Source: a virus
Length of the DNA stretch: 64,000 nt
Direction: 5' to 3' (one strand)
Virus record (IMG/VR): IMGVR_UViG_3300027804_000050
Location: 32,001 to 96,000 of that record
Shown: positions 1-9,855 of the stretch, piece after piece
How positions within the stretch are numbered: position 1 is the stretch's first letter
How the letters are laid out: each line of letters opens with the position of its first letter
The notes under the pieces: model-generated
What the model was told of the DNA's origin: nothing
Databases searched by the model: none
What the model saw: the letters and a program-made list of their open reading frames with translations, nothing else
Made by a program: the position numbers and the translations under genes

Positions 1-7
1 GCAACAA

Positions 8-355
8 TTGATAACTGCTCTACAGCCAAAGAAAATGGTGACAGACGAGATCGTTGTTGTAGATGGATTAGTTAGAACTTTAGATTTAATAGTTACGGTT
101 AAAGTTGATAGAAAATTACAACCAAAAGATCAATTGATAAAGAGTAAAGTTAGAAATGCCATCCTAGATTTCATGGCAGTAGATAACAGAGAATTTGGAG
201 AGACTCTTGTAGTCGCAGATTTAAATAGAGTAATTTTTGAAATAGAAGAAGTTAGGATTTCATCTATCGACAATGTCCCAGAAAATATCAAGGTTGAATT
301 CAATGAATTGATTCAACTTAATAACTTATTGATAAAAATTGATTATCTAGACTGA
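8..355 (+). CDS. Baseplate wedge protein (gp6/baseplate J-like), C-terminal part; gene starts before window
   Basis: FGETLVVADL and NIKVEFNELIQL resemble baseplate J/gp6 C-termini; stop overlaps next start (TGATG). Confidence 0.7.
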   Translation: MITALQPKKMVTDEIVVVDGLVRTLDLIVTVKVDRKLQPKDQLIKSKVRNAILDFMAVDNREFGETLVVADLNRVIFEIEEVRISSIDNVPENIKVEFNELIQLNNLLIKIDYLD

Positions 356-3300
356 TGAATACTTTCAATCCTTCTCCTAACCAATACTTTAAGAGAAACT
401 TCGTAGAGGTTTTGGAGATTCTTTCTCCCAAAATTTACGAAGCCAAAGACATTGAATTGAGTGGAGTAGGAATTCAAGAAGACGATCAGATAATAAATAC
501 TCAAATAGCTGCTGCGGCAAGAATCGGGTCAATACTTCCTGTTTCAGGAAGAAATGATATATCTTCAATAAGCCAATTTTTTATAAAACAAAACGCTCTT
601 ACTTTTATAAATCCTCAAACTTTCGAAGATGATATTCTATATCCATTAGGGTACACTCTAGAACAATTTGAAACTGAAGAATCTTTTGTTCAATTCTTAT
701 CAGCAACCTTACAACCAAAGATAAAAACAAATGATCCAAGTCTAGCAACTAATACAAGTGGAGTCTTTGGAGCCACAGCATCTGCTGTCCATGACTATCT
801 CATAGATAGTTTAGGATGGATGTATATCTTAAACAATACTAGTGGAGTTTGGAATTATCAACCATCTGCATATGTGACTAGCCAACTCTCAGGATTGTAT
901 TTATCTAGAGATATTAAAGATTTAGATGGAATAATTGGATTCAATAGACATTTATGGTATAATTATTCTAGTTATATTCCAACTTCTTATTTATCCTCTA
1001 CCTCAACATATACAAGTGGAACACAGCAGTTAGATAAATTAGAAACAATGCTTGAGGCAATATTTTCTCAAGCATTCATGGACAAGCAAGACTTTAGGGT
1101 AAAAGATGCATTTAATGATTATATTGATGGACTAGGATTAATTACAGATTTAAAACCAAAAGGTCCACATAGAAAATTATTAAAAGCAATGGCTTACTCC
1201 ATGGCAGATGTTAATGACCATGTTGAAAAATTAGCATCTTTATATGACATAGAAAGTTGTCCTGAGGAGTATTTAGAGCAGTTAGCTGGGTTAATTGGTT
1301 GGAAGTTATTGGGACCAGACTCATCAAAATGGAGACAACAACTAAGATCTGCAACAGAAGCGTACAAGAAAAAAGGAACCTCTGTTGGAATACAATTCGT
1401 CCTAAATTCGATCATTAGTGATGTTCTAATTGATGCATCAGGAGCACTAACTGAGTTATGGGAATCCTATGTTCCTTTCATGCTTTGGTATATGTTGGCT
1501 ACAGATTCCATATATGTAAAAAATGCTCAAACATGGACTAAACAAAGAGCAGAATCACTAGGAATTTACAACTACAATAGCAGTAGTTTTATTGATAATA
1601 TACAATCAATAGTGGATTCTATATTATTAGAAGCTTATATAAAATTCCCTGAAAACTTTATTTATCAAGGTAAACCTTGGCCCGTATACAAGATGTTGGA
1701 GCTTGGTAATGATACGGGAGAGCCTATTGGAACTTATACTGTAATAAATGATCCAATAGCAAAAGCTTATTTACGAGTTGATAAAAATCGTAGAACCTAC
1801 AGAAGTTTAAAGGTACAGCAAAATAATCAAGACTTAGCTTATACCAATTCATTCGGAACAGAACCAGATGGAGAAGGGGTTTACATAGCTGGAACATCTA
1901 TTCCTACAATTGAAAAACCCGTTTACTTATCTGCAACTGGAGATAAAAACTTTGTATTTAATTTTAGAAATTACAATAATTTTCCAATACCCCCATTTGA
2001 AGAAATAAAATATTACAAGGAATGTAAGGTAAACGAAGAACTGGTAGATTTTTTAGTTGAGAAAACTAGATGCTTAGGAATTTCTGATTCTCTAACGGAT
2101 GCCTTTGGAACTTATTTAAGAAACAATACTTATAAACTAGGGAATGTATACGGATCGATAAATGATTTCTTGATGTTCTTCTCTTCGATGCAAAATCCGA
2201 CTAATTATTTTGAAGTCTTGGATATGCAGCAGGGGATGGATTTTGATGTTTTGAGTTTATGGAATAGTAAGTCTTCCCATGTTTTGATTAATTACAGTGC
2301 TACAAACTTTAATTTTACAAAACGAGATATTACAGGTGATAGTAAATATGCGTTAACTCAGACAAAAGATGTATTGAATAAATTCCTTCCCGCGCATGCA
2401 ATACCTATTTTATTAGTTGATGCTTCCTCTCCTGTAGAAGATTACATAACTACAAATACAAATTTTGATTCCATAGAAATCAAAGATCAGCAAACCATGT
2501 TCTCATTGGTTAGTGGGGCTATGGCAGGGTATGAGTCCTCTGGAGTAAGTATGAGGACTATTTTTACTGGGACACTTGGGGGCACATTGACTCCTGAGGG
2601 AATGACTACTTTTACAAGAGAGCAAGCAAATCAACTTGATGATATTCTTGTTAGCTCTACAACATATACAAATACAACTCCTAGAAAATCTTTAAGAAGA
2701 AGAAATTATAAGTTTGTCTTACCACAAGAAAAATATTATGATAGAACAGGATTCAATCAACCAATTTCGTTTGACGGATCTTCAGCCTTCTCAAGAGAAC
2801 AGACAAAAGGATTCCTAGTTTTAGGTTATGTACCATCATCTAATTCTTTCTATCCAGTAGTAGATTACACTAATCCTTCTGGAGTTTGGGACAAGTGTGA
2901 AAATCTAACATCTGATAATACATTCTTTGGAGTGGACACTAGTAATACTTTCCCATGCAGAGGAGCTTTTGAATTAGATTCAGATTCTAAGATGCCGGAA
3001 ATAGGTAGTAGACATGATAGATATATTGATAGATGCCAAATCCCTCATATCTATAGGACCATGCATGGTATAAAGGAAAAAGAAGCTTTAGCTAGAGCAG
3101 ACATCCAAGTCTCTACGAATGTTTCATATAATGAAGATTCACATTGGAAAAATCAATCTTTGAGTTTAGCTAACACATACATCAATAGTGGTGTCATGGG
3201 AATAAACTCTTATTATGACTACGAAAACTTTAAGTTTGGTAGGGGGATCCATTTACTTTATAGAGATTATAAAAAATATTTCAATCATGGATTAGGATTC

Positions 3301-4689
3301 TCTAGCATTGATGAGACTGGAGCAAATATTTTCTCACATGTTTTCGGTCCTACACTTTACAATGCTAATTTCTCTGTTGAAGGCTCTGCTGTAGTCTCTC
3401 AAGAAGGGGATTATATCGCTTCATCGTTGGATGCTATAGTTCCAATCGGATATGGAGAAGGGTCGGGAGTATTTACCACTTGTGCTGTTAATAATGGTTA
3501 TGCCTCAGGAACTTATATTGCTAGTACTATAAATTCAATGATTGTGCCTCTAGAAGGTACATTTAGCTCGACAGGATTTGGAAATGCTGAATTTAGAAAC
3601 CCCCACATTCTAAGTGGAATTGAATTTGTGCAAACTTCTGGAGCATCTAGATTTAATAGATTTGAATTGATAAAACTAGATCAATCATTATTTAATCAGA
3701 ATGATGATCAATTCTTAGCAAATAAACTTTTTATTAAATCGTATTCAATAAATGGATTGCCAAGATTAAGATTTGATTTATCAGGATACGGCCCAAGAGC
3801 CAATACTTTAATTAAGGATCATTATTTTAACTTAAATGTTAAAGCTCAGATAGGTAACGATTCTGTAACAAACTATGGTGGAGGTGCCATGGGAGTCTGG
3901 ATACATACGGATTTGATTACTGCTGAAAATGGGCAAAAATTAATGTGGTGCTGGACTCCAAGGAATCAATGGGAATTGATAGTTTATGATAATTTAACTC
4001 AAAGAACTTTATTAAATGATTTAGCTCATATAAAGAACTTTAGGCAATTCTCCGTTGTTAACGATCCTGAGTTTAGGACAGATATTAGACAAAGATGTTT
4101 AGGTAATGAAGTTCAAGAATATGAGACTGTCACTGAGTTACCTGCTAAAAATACTTTTGATTATTTTAAGGAAAATTATCTAGAAAATTTTGACATACCT
4201 TTTGATACAAGAAATTATACACTCTATAATAACTATGAGTACTTAGAAATCATACCAGTTCCAGAACATTACTATAAAATTAGAAATTTAGTTCATGGAC
4301 AAGATATTAACTATTATGTAGAAATCTTTAAAATGAATCAATCTGATTCAAATAAATATCTTTTAATTAGCGATATATCTCTACAAGATCTTACATTAAA
4401 ACAAAATTCAGGGTTCCAGTTAAATTACGGAGTGGAGACAAGTTCTATCCCATTGGTTCCCTTTGTTGATGAAGCTAGATTCTATACTAATAAAGAAGAA
4501 CTGAGATCAATATTAAAATTCTTTAATGAGTTGGTTGAGGACCCTTACACTAGTAGGGTTGCAGCAAATTCGTCAGGAACACTAGATACAAGTGGTGGCA
4601 GCAGAATTAACTATAAGATACATCCTGATTTAGTTGCTTTAGCAGGTGGAGGAGCATCACAAATAACAAGTTTGGATACTAGAAATTAA
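355..4689 (+). CDS. Large baseplate/tail protein (gp7-like, P2 gpI-type domain)
   Basis: LYDIESCPEEYLEQLAGLIGW...YKKKGT and FLPAH motifs typical of tail-I/gp7; follows gp6-like gene. Confidence 0.65.
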   Translation: MNTFNPSPNQYFKRNFVEVLEILSPKIYEAKDIELSGVGIQEDDQIINTQIAAAARIGSILPVSGRNDISSISQFFIKQNALTFINPQTFEDDILYPLGYTLEQFETEESFVQFLSATLQPKIKTNDPSLATNTSGVFGATASAVHDYLIDSLGWMYILNNTSGVWNYQPSAYVTSQLSGLYLSRDIKDLDGIIGFNRHLWYNYSSYIPTSYLSSTSTYTSGTQQLDKLETMLEAIFSQAFMDKQDFRVKDAFNDYIDGLGLITDLKPKGPHRKLLKAMAYSMADVNDHVEKLASLYDIESCPEEYLEQLAGLIGWKLLGPDSSKWRQQLRSATEAYKKKGTSVGIQFVLNSIISDVLIDASGALTELWESYVPFMLWYMLATDSIYVKNAQTWTKQRAESLGIYNYNSSSFIDNIQSIVDSILLEAYIKFPENFIYQGKPWPVYKMLELGNDTGEPIGTYTVINDPIAKAYLRVDKNRRTYRSLKVQQNNQDLAYTNSFGTEPDGEGVYIAGTSIPTIEKPVYLSATGDKNFVFNFRNYNNFPIPPFEEIKYYKECKVNEELVDFLVEKTRCLGISDSLTDAFGTYLRNNTYKLGNVYGSINDFLMFFSSMQNPTNYFEVLDMQQGMDFDVLSLWNSKSSHVLINYSATNFNFTKRDITGDSKYALTQTKDVLNKFLPAHAIPILLVDASSPVEDYITTNTNFDSIEIKDQQTMFSLVSGAMAGYESSGVSMRTIFTGTLGGTLTPEGMTTFTREQANQLDDILVSSTTYTNTTPRKSLRRRNYKFVLPQEKYYDRTGFNQPISFDGSSAFSREQTKGFLVLGYVPSSNSFYPVVDYTNPSGVWDKCENLTSDNTFFGVDTSNTFPCRGAFELDSDSKMPEIGSRHDRYIDRCQIPHIYRTMHGIKEKEALARADIQVSTNVSYNEDSHWKNQSLSLANTYINSGVMGINSYYDYENFKFGRGIHLLYRDYKKYFNHGLGFSSIDETGANIFSHVFGPTLYNANFSVEGSAVVSQEGDYIASSLDAIVPIGYGEGSGVFTTCAVNNGYASGTYIASTINSMIVPLEGTFSSTGFGNAEFRNPHILSGIEFVQTSGASRFNRFELIKLDQSLFNQNDDQFLANKLFIKSYSINGLPRLRFDLSGYGPRANTLIKDHYFNLNVKAQIGNDSVTNYGGGAMGVWIHTDLITAENGQKLMWCWTPRNQWELIVYDNLTQRTLLNDLAHIKNFRQFSVVNDPEFRTDIRQRCLGNEVQEYETVTELPAKNTFDYFKENYLENFDIPFDTRNYTLYNNYEYLEIIPVPEHYYKIRNLVHGQDINYYVEIFKMNQSDSNKYLLISDISLQDLTLKQNSGFQLNYGVETSSIPLVPFVDEARFYTNKEELRSILKFFNELVEDPYTSRVAANSSGTLDTSGGSRINYKIHPDLVALAGGGASQITSLDTRN

Positions 4690-5765
4690 TGCGTGGAGTA
4701 GTAGAAATATATTCGATTGAGGATAACACCCCTAAATTACTTTATTCAGAAAGTAATTTAATTGTAGACGGGGCGGGTAAAACTATTGTAGATGCACTAA
4801 CAACTTTTGACGGAGTTTCGGGAATATCTAGTGGATCGGCTATTCTAAACGCTTCAAATTACACCATCCAAGCAATTACTTTCGGTGCCCCATCAGGTGC
4901 TTATTTAAGAAATATACATAACACTACCTACCCATTATTAATAAGTGGGCTATCAAACACAAAATTAACTGTTCTACGAGATGGAGTAACTTCAACCTCC
5001 TTTACTCCACAAATAGATGTTCTCCCTAGTTATCCTAATCCTCTGGATAAAAAGTTAGAATTATCAGCATCTCCTTCAGGATCTTGGTCTGGAATTACAA
5101 TAAAACTTCCATATACTACTAGTGCAGGGGTAACAATTGAAGATCAAGGTCATCATTTAAATATTGCTAGTTTACCTTCCTTGTACAATCAATTTGGAGC
5201 ATCATCACCTCTGGCTGTTTTATTTGGTAATTATGCTTTTTCAGCAGCAGCAAATACCGTTTCAGCTATATTAATTTCTTCTATAAATCAGCTAGATTCA
5301 AATACTGGACAACCTAGTTCTTTTGTAGTTACAGGTAATTTAGCAGCAGGTATAAATTATAATGGTAGATCATTGATAGATTATCATGGATTTATACACA
5401 TGATTAGTCCGTCTGCAAATGTTAATATTAATTTTACTACTACAAATAGTAGTGGACTACAATTAAGTGCTCAAACAACATTTAGCTCTACAGGAGAATT
5501 AGTTTATGGAACCCGAATTTCCCCAACTGATATTGTTGCTTTAAACATAAATGGTGGTATATATCACATGGGATTATGGACAATTGATTTAAATAAGTCT
5601 ATTCAAGCTGGTAATTTCCCTCCATATTCTTTTAGTCAACTAAATAATCCTAGGAAGTATAGATTATTTTGCAAAAAAACTTTTACTAAAAATATAATTG
5701 AGTTTGGAACATTCAGCACTGCACCCTCTGAATTGCAGATAGTTTGGAGAATTAAGTTCTTATGA
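4689..5765 (+). CDS. Baseplate/tail structural protein
   Basis: N-terminal GxVxI...NLIVxG motif shared with next ORF; W-x-I-x-F C-terminus; context. Confidence 0.55.
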   Translation: MRGVVEIYSIEDNTPKLLYSESNLIVDGAGKTIVDALTTFDGVSGISSGSAILNASNYTIQAITFGAPSGAYLRNIHNTTYPLLISGLSNTKLTVLRDGVTSTSFTPQIDVLPSYPNPLDKKLELSASPSGSWSGITIKLPYTTSAGVTIEDQGHHLNIASLPSLYNQFGASSPLAVLFGNYAFSAAANTVSAILISSINQLDSNTGQPSSFVVTGNLAAGINYNGRSLIDYHGFIHMISPSANVNINFTTTNSSGLQLSAQTTFSSTGELVYGTRISPTDIVALNINGGIYHMGLWTIDLNKSIQAGNFPPYSFSQLNNPRKYRLFCKKTFTKNIIEFGTFSTAPSELQIVWRIKFL

Positions 5766-6358
5766 ATTTTATAGAAGATTTAGGAATAAATGGACATTTA
5801 ACTATCACGAAAGTTAATCGGGATGGTTCGGAAGAACTTATATTCGATGACCATAATATTATTGTTTCAGGAATGGGAGTTGGATTAGCTTTCTTATTTG
5901 CTGGACTAGGCTCAACTAAGATAACTGATTTTCATTTAGACAGAGTCCAAATTGGAGTTTCTGGAAATTCCAGTTTAGAAACTAGTACAACCTTCCAACT
6001 ATCTGGTCCATTATCATCTACAGCAGAATACGGAGTAAATTCTGATCAAAATGTTGTTCAATCAAATCAATTAGTAAACGGAACATCTGTTTCTAATAAA
6101 TTTTTTATAAAATTACCTAGAAGCAAAGTAACTAGAATAAATGATAACTCTGTAAGATATACAATTGTTTTAGATGAAGATGCCTGTAACAGTTCAACTA
6201 TAAGAAATAATTTACCTATAAATGAAATAGGATTGTTTATGAAAAACCCTCAAGGAGCAGCAACAGATAGTTCCTTGTTAGTTGCATATAGATATTTTAG
6301 CAATATACTAAAGACTGACGATTTTAGTCTCATTTTTAGATGGACAATAAACTTCTGA
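5762..6358 (+). CDS. Baseplate/tail-fibre attachment protein
   Basis: HNIIVSG, INEIGLF, K.DDFSLIFRWTINF motifs of tail-collar/baseplate proteins. Confidence 0.6.
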   Translation: MNFIEDLGINGHLTITKVNRDGSEELIFDDHNIIVSGMGVGLAFLFAGLGSTKITDFHLDRVQIGVSGNSSLETSTTFQLSGPLSSTAEYGVNSDQNVVQSNQLVNGTSVSNKFFIKLPRSKVTRINDNSVRYTIVLDEDACNSSTIRNNLPINEIGLFMKNPQGAATDSSLLVAYRYFSNILKTDDFSLIFRWTINF

Positions 6359-6359
6359 T

Positions 6360-9300
6360 ATGGCTTTCAATAAAAACGATATTTACACTTCTAGCGGGAG
6401 CTTAAGAGTATACAACTCTTGGACTCCTTATGTCAGCAAGTTTGATACTAGTTCCTTCTATAACTGGGAACAGGATAACTTACCTCTTTATGATCTTGAA
6501 GAAAGAACTTATGAACTTTGGGAATATGCAGGCTTCCCAACTTCGAGTATCACTGGTTTAGCTTTGACAGTTAGTGCTGATACTCCCGCTCTAACTCTAG
6601 CTCAAAATAGAAATATTTATACTTCAGTAAGTGCCGCAGTAGCATCATTACCAAGGGTTATTAGATTTCCAGTTTTGATTGAAGTTGCTAATTTTGGTGA
6701 TCTAGGACCTTTAGAATTACATGATTTCCAAATAGTAGAAAATGGATCTATAGAAATAATAAATAGAAATTATGTTAAAGCATACACTGCATCTAGCACT
6801 GTAGGGCAGGTAGGAACAGTATACGGCAATACTTATATTACTAGAGTTGATAGTTTAGATATAAGTGCTAGTATTTACTCTTCAGTAGGCTCCACCTCTT
6901 GTGTTAATATTTCTTCAACTGTTTTTAGCGGGTCTAACGACACTAGATTTACTTCAGTAAATTCAGTATTATATCCAAAAGTAACTGATAGAAAAGCACC
7001 TTTATCGGTTACTATAAGAGACTCCGCTGCCATAGGAACAACTTCAAATCGATTCCCACTAGGAGCTTATGAAACAACCTCCCCCACTGATTTAACTGTT
7101 TCAAACGGTGGTGATTTCTCAGCAATGTCAAATTACCCAGTTGGAATGATATCCAGAGATGTAGTTGCTACAACTAATGATGTTTTCGGTTTAATATATG
7201 GTAACAATTTATCTCGGATGTCAGTGAAAAACTGTTCTGGGAAAATATACATTAGAAACTTTTTCGTAGATGGTCAAAATACTAATTTAACTACAGCCAC
7301 TAAAGTAGGTATAGAAATTCTAAATTCAGATGTTATTTTAGAAAATTGTACAGCAGTAAGGTGTCGGGAAGCTGGATTTGCATTCAATAATTCTAAAGTA
7401 ATTCTCTCTAGAGGAGCTTTTGCTTATAGAAATTATGGACTAAGCAGTTTGTCTGTGAGAGAAACAACAAAATCTTGTGGATTTAAAGTACTGAATAGTG
7501 AAGTAATTTTGAGTGCATTAGTAGGTGGGGCATCTACAGAAGCTAGAGATTATCAAGCTAGTGGATATGATATAATGTTCATGGCTTCAAGAAATCCAAT
7601 TGGTTTCTTATTAGAAAATTCTAAACTATCGGGAGGTTTAAATAGATCGGATAGTGCAACACCTTCTCAAAACTCAACTTTTGCAGCAGAGTATAATAAT
7701 TTAGTAGGTGTAAAAGCATTTAATTCAATTTTAGATCTAAATGGTTTGATTGATATTTATCAAAATAAAGTGGGTATTGAATTAAATAATTCTAATCTCC
7801 TCGTTGATGAATTAACAGTTGATAGGCATACAAATGAAGGATTGATTGCTAGAAATTCAACCATATCTTATATTAAATCTGGTTATCCGATTGCTTATGG
7901 TTCAGTTAGAAGAGCCATAGAGTTCTATCTCAATGGTCAGCATTTAGTTTTAAATAATAATTCAAAACTAAAATATACAAGACAAAATGATCTTCCTGCT
8001 CTTTCTACTGGAGGAATGCTTTTCAAAGATTCACATGGAGTTAGTTATTTAACTGGCGGGGCTTGGCAAAAAATACCCGGAATAAAAGTAGACTCTAATT
8101 CAACAGCAGAGTTTGTTGAAGCTCAACTATTAAATCAAAATGGTAATTATGATGACCAAGCTTCTCATTATGGAACTGTGTTAAATTGTACAAATAATTC
8201 AACAGGATCTCTATACGGAACTAGCAATCACTGCACCATGGCTTTAGGAACATCTGGAAGCTATGAAAAACAATCTAAGATGTCTACTTTATATGCAGGA
8301 TCTAATTCAAAAATAACAATTGCTGGGCCTACAGTAGTAGGTCAGGGTGGGGTCGCCATATTGGCTGAAGATGGATCTACAATAGAAATCGGTCCTGCAA
8401 AAGATAATGAAACAGGTGAATTAGCTGTAAGTTCCTTCGCTTTAGCCAATGCTGCAAATCATACTAGTGTTGATTTACATGCAACCAGAGCTTGCTTGGT
8501 TGCGAATAGAAATTCAACAATTGATATGCATGATTTAGGTAGTTATAGAAATACTTGGATAGGGACTGTTGGTGCAACGGTAGCAGATTATGATTATGAT
8601 GTCGCAGATTTATCAAGTTATGTTGGTTCTGGATCTTTAAGATTCTTAGCTAATCCAATGGACTCTAATGCTGTAACTCAAAATACTACTAATACAATAG
8701 CATATGCAGAAACAACTAATCCAACATTCACTACAGATGCAAATACAAATACTTACAGGTATTTAGCAGATTTCTCTAAAACTTTAGGAGGGGTTTGTGT
8801 TAGAGCGTTGGGTAATAGTACTGTCCATGTTAACAATGTTCACTTTGGAAAAGGCCCAAATGCCAGTCCATTAGATGGATTAGTTTACAATGCAAGTGGA
8901 TCTGATTGTGATAGACTTTTAATTTGGAATATCGCGGATAGTTCAAAACTTTCTGTAGCACATGTTTCGGTTAGTGGTCAATATCCTGCCGATGCCGGAT
9001 ATCATGGTCCTCAATCTTATTGGACATCTAGTAATAATGGTTCTACTACTGGAACTGCAACTGTAGTGTATGGAGCACCATCTTCTACACCAGACTTTGG
9101 AGCATTAAGCGTTCTAGATCCTTTTGGAGCAGGTGGAAGTTCGGTTTCTTCAGTATGGAAATCCACTTCTGGTGTTTCTATAAATGATCCGTTTGACAGA
9201 TTCTATCCTGTACTAGGCAACATAGATACATCAACTGTATCGGCTTTAACTCAGCGTGCAGGTATACCGATTAGTGGAATAACTGTAAGTGGTATACAAT

Positions 9301-9854
9301 TAGGAACTAGCTCCACCTCTCTGTATAATAATCAAGGTGTATTTAGAATTTACTTCTCACCTAAGTCTGAATGTAAATACTTAGCTCATGATCTAAGTGG
9401 TTATGAAAATGGGCCTTTAGATTATAGAACTAACAAATATAGTAGATCTTTCTCCGCTCAAACAGGAGTTGTTTATCAGTTGTTTGCACAAGGCTACGGA
9501 TTATCTGCACCTGTGTCAGGAATTTCTACTACACCTGAATTGAGTTCTATTTACCCAACATTATTAAAATTAAGTAGGGACTCAAACGGAGATGGAATTC
9601 CAGATACTTTGTACACTTCTGGATACTATTATTGTAAGGAGTTCTTAGATGATGATCCAACACAAGTTATGTTGGATGAATCAGCAGCTAACCTTTTTGC
9701 CAATGCTAAAAATTGTGCGGTTGGAATGGGTGGAAGACCAAGGAGAGTAACTATTTACAAGGCTGGAACTGATGAACAGTTTAGTGAATCCAATACTGGA
9801 GACATTTATGGATTCAAATCAGCAAATGTATTCGATCTAAAGAGAGATAATTGA
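6360..9854 (+). CDS. Tail spike/fibre with probable parallel beta-helix
   Basis: Repeating G-(I/F)-x-x-x-N-S-x-(V/I)-x-L units; S/T/G/N-rich; DSNGDGIPD Ca-type motif. Confidence 0.6.
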   Translation: MAFNKNDIYTSSGSLRVYNSWTPYVSKFDTSSFYNWEQDNLPLYDLEERTYELWEYAGFPTSSITGLALTVSADTPALTLAQNRNIYTSVSAAVASLPRVIRFPVLIEVANFGDLGPLELHDFQIVENGSIEIINRNYVKAYTASSTVGQVGTVYGNTYITRVDSLDISASIYSSVGSTSCVNISSTVFSGSNDTRFTSVNSVLYPKVTDRKAPLSVTIRDSAAIGTTSNRFPLGAYETTSPTDLTVSNGGDFSAMSNYPVGMISRDVVATTNDVFGLIYGNNLSRMSVKNCSGKIYIRNFFVDGQNTNLTTATKVGIEILNSDVILENCTAVRCREAGFAFNNSKVILSRGAFAYRNYGLSSLSVRETTKSCGFKVLNSEVILSALVGGASTEARDYQASGYDIMFMASRNPIGFLLENSKLSGGLNRSDSATPSQNSTFAAEYNNLVGVKAFNSILDLNGLIDIYQNKVGIELNNSNLLVDELTVDRHTNEGLIARNSTISYIKSGYPIAYGSVRRAIEFYLNGQHLVLNNNSKLKYTRQNDLPALSTGGMLFKDSHGVSYLTGGAWQKIPGIKVDSNSTAEFVEAQLLNQNGNYDDQASHYGTVLNCTNNSTGSLYGTSNHCTMALGTSGSYEKQSKMSTLYAGSNSKITIAGPTVVGQGGVAILAEDGSTIEIGPAKDNETGELAVSSFALANAANHTSVDLHATRACLVANRNSTIDMHDLGSYRNTWIGTVGATVADYDYDVADLSSYVGSGSLRFLANPMDSNAVTQNTTNTIAYAETTNPTFTTDANTNTYRYLADFSKTLGGVCVRALGNSTVHVNNVHFGKGPNASPLDGLVYNASGSDCDRLLIWNIADSSKLSVAHVSVSGQYPADAGYHGPQSYWTSSNNGSTTGTATVVYGAPSSTPDFGALSVLDPFGAGGSSVSSVWKSTSGVSINDPFDRFYPVLGNIDTSTVSALTQRAGIPISGITVSGIQLGTSSTSLYNNQGVFRIYFSPKSECKYLAHDLSGYENGPLDYRTNKYSRSFSAQTGVVYQLFAQGYGLSAPVSGISTTPELSSIYPTLLKLSRDSNGDGIPDTLYTSGYYYCKEFLDDDPTQVMLDESAANLFANAKNCAVGMGGRPRRVTIYKAGTDEQFSESNTGDIYGFKSANVFDLKRDN

Positions 9855-9855
9855 T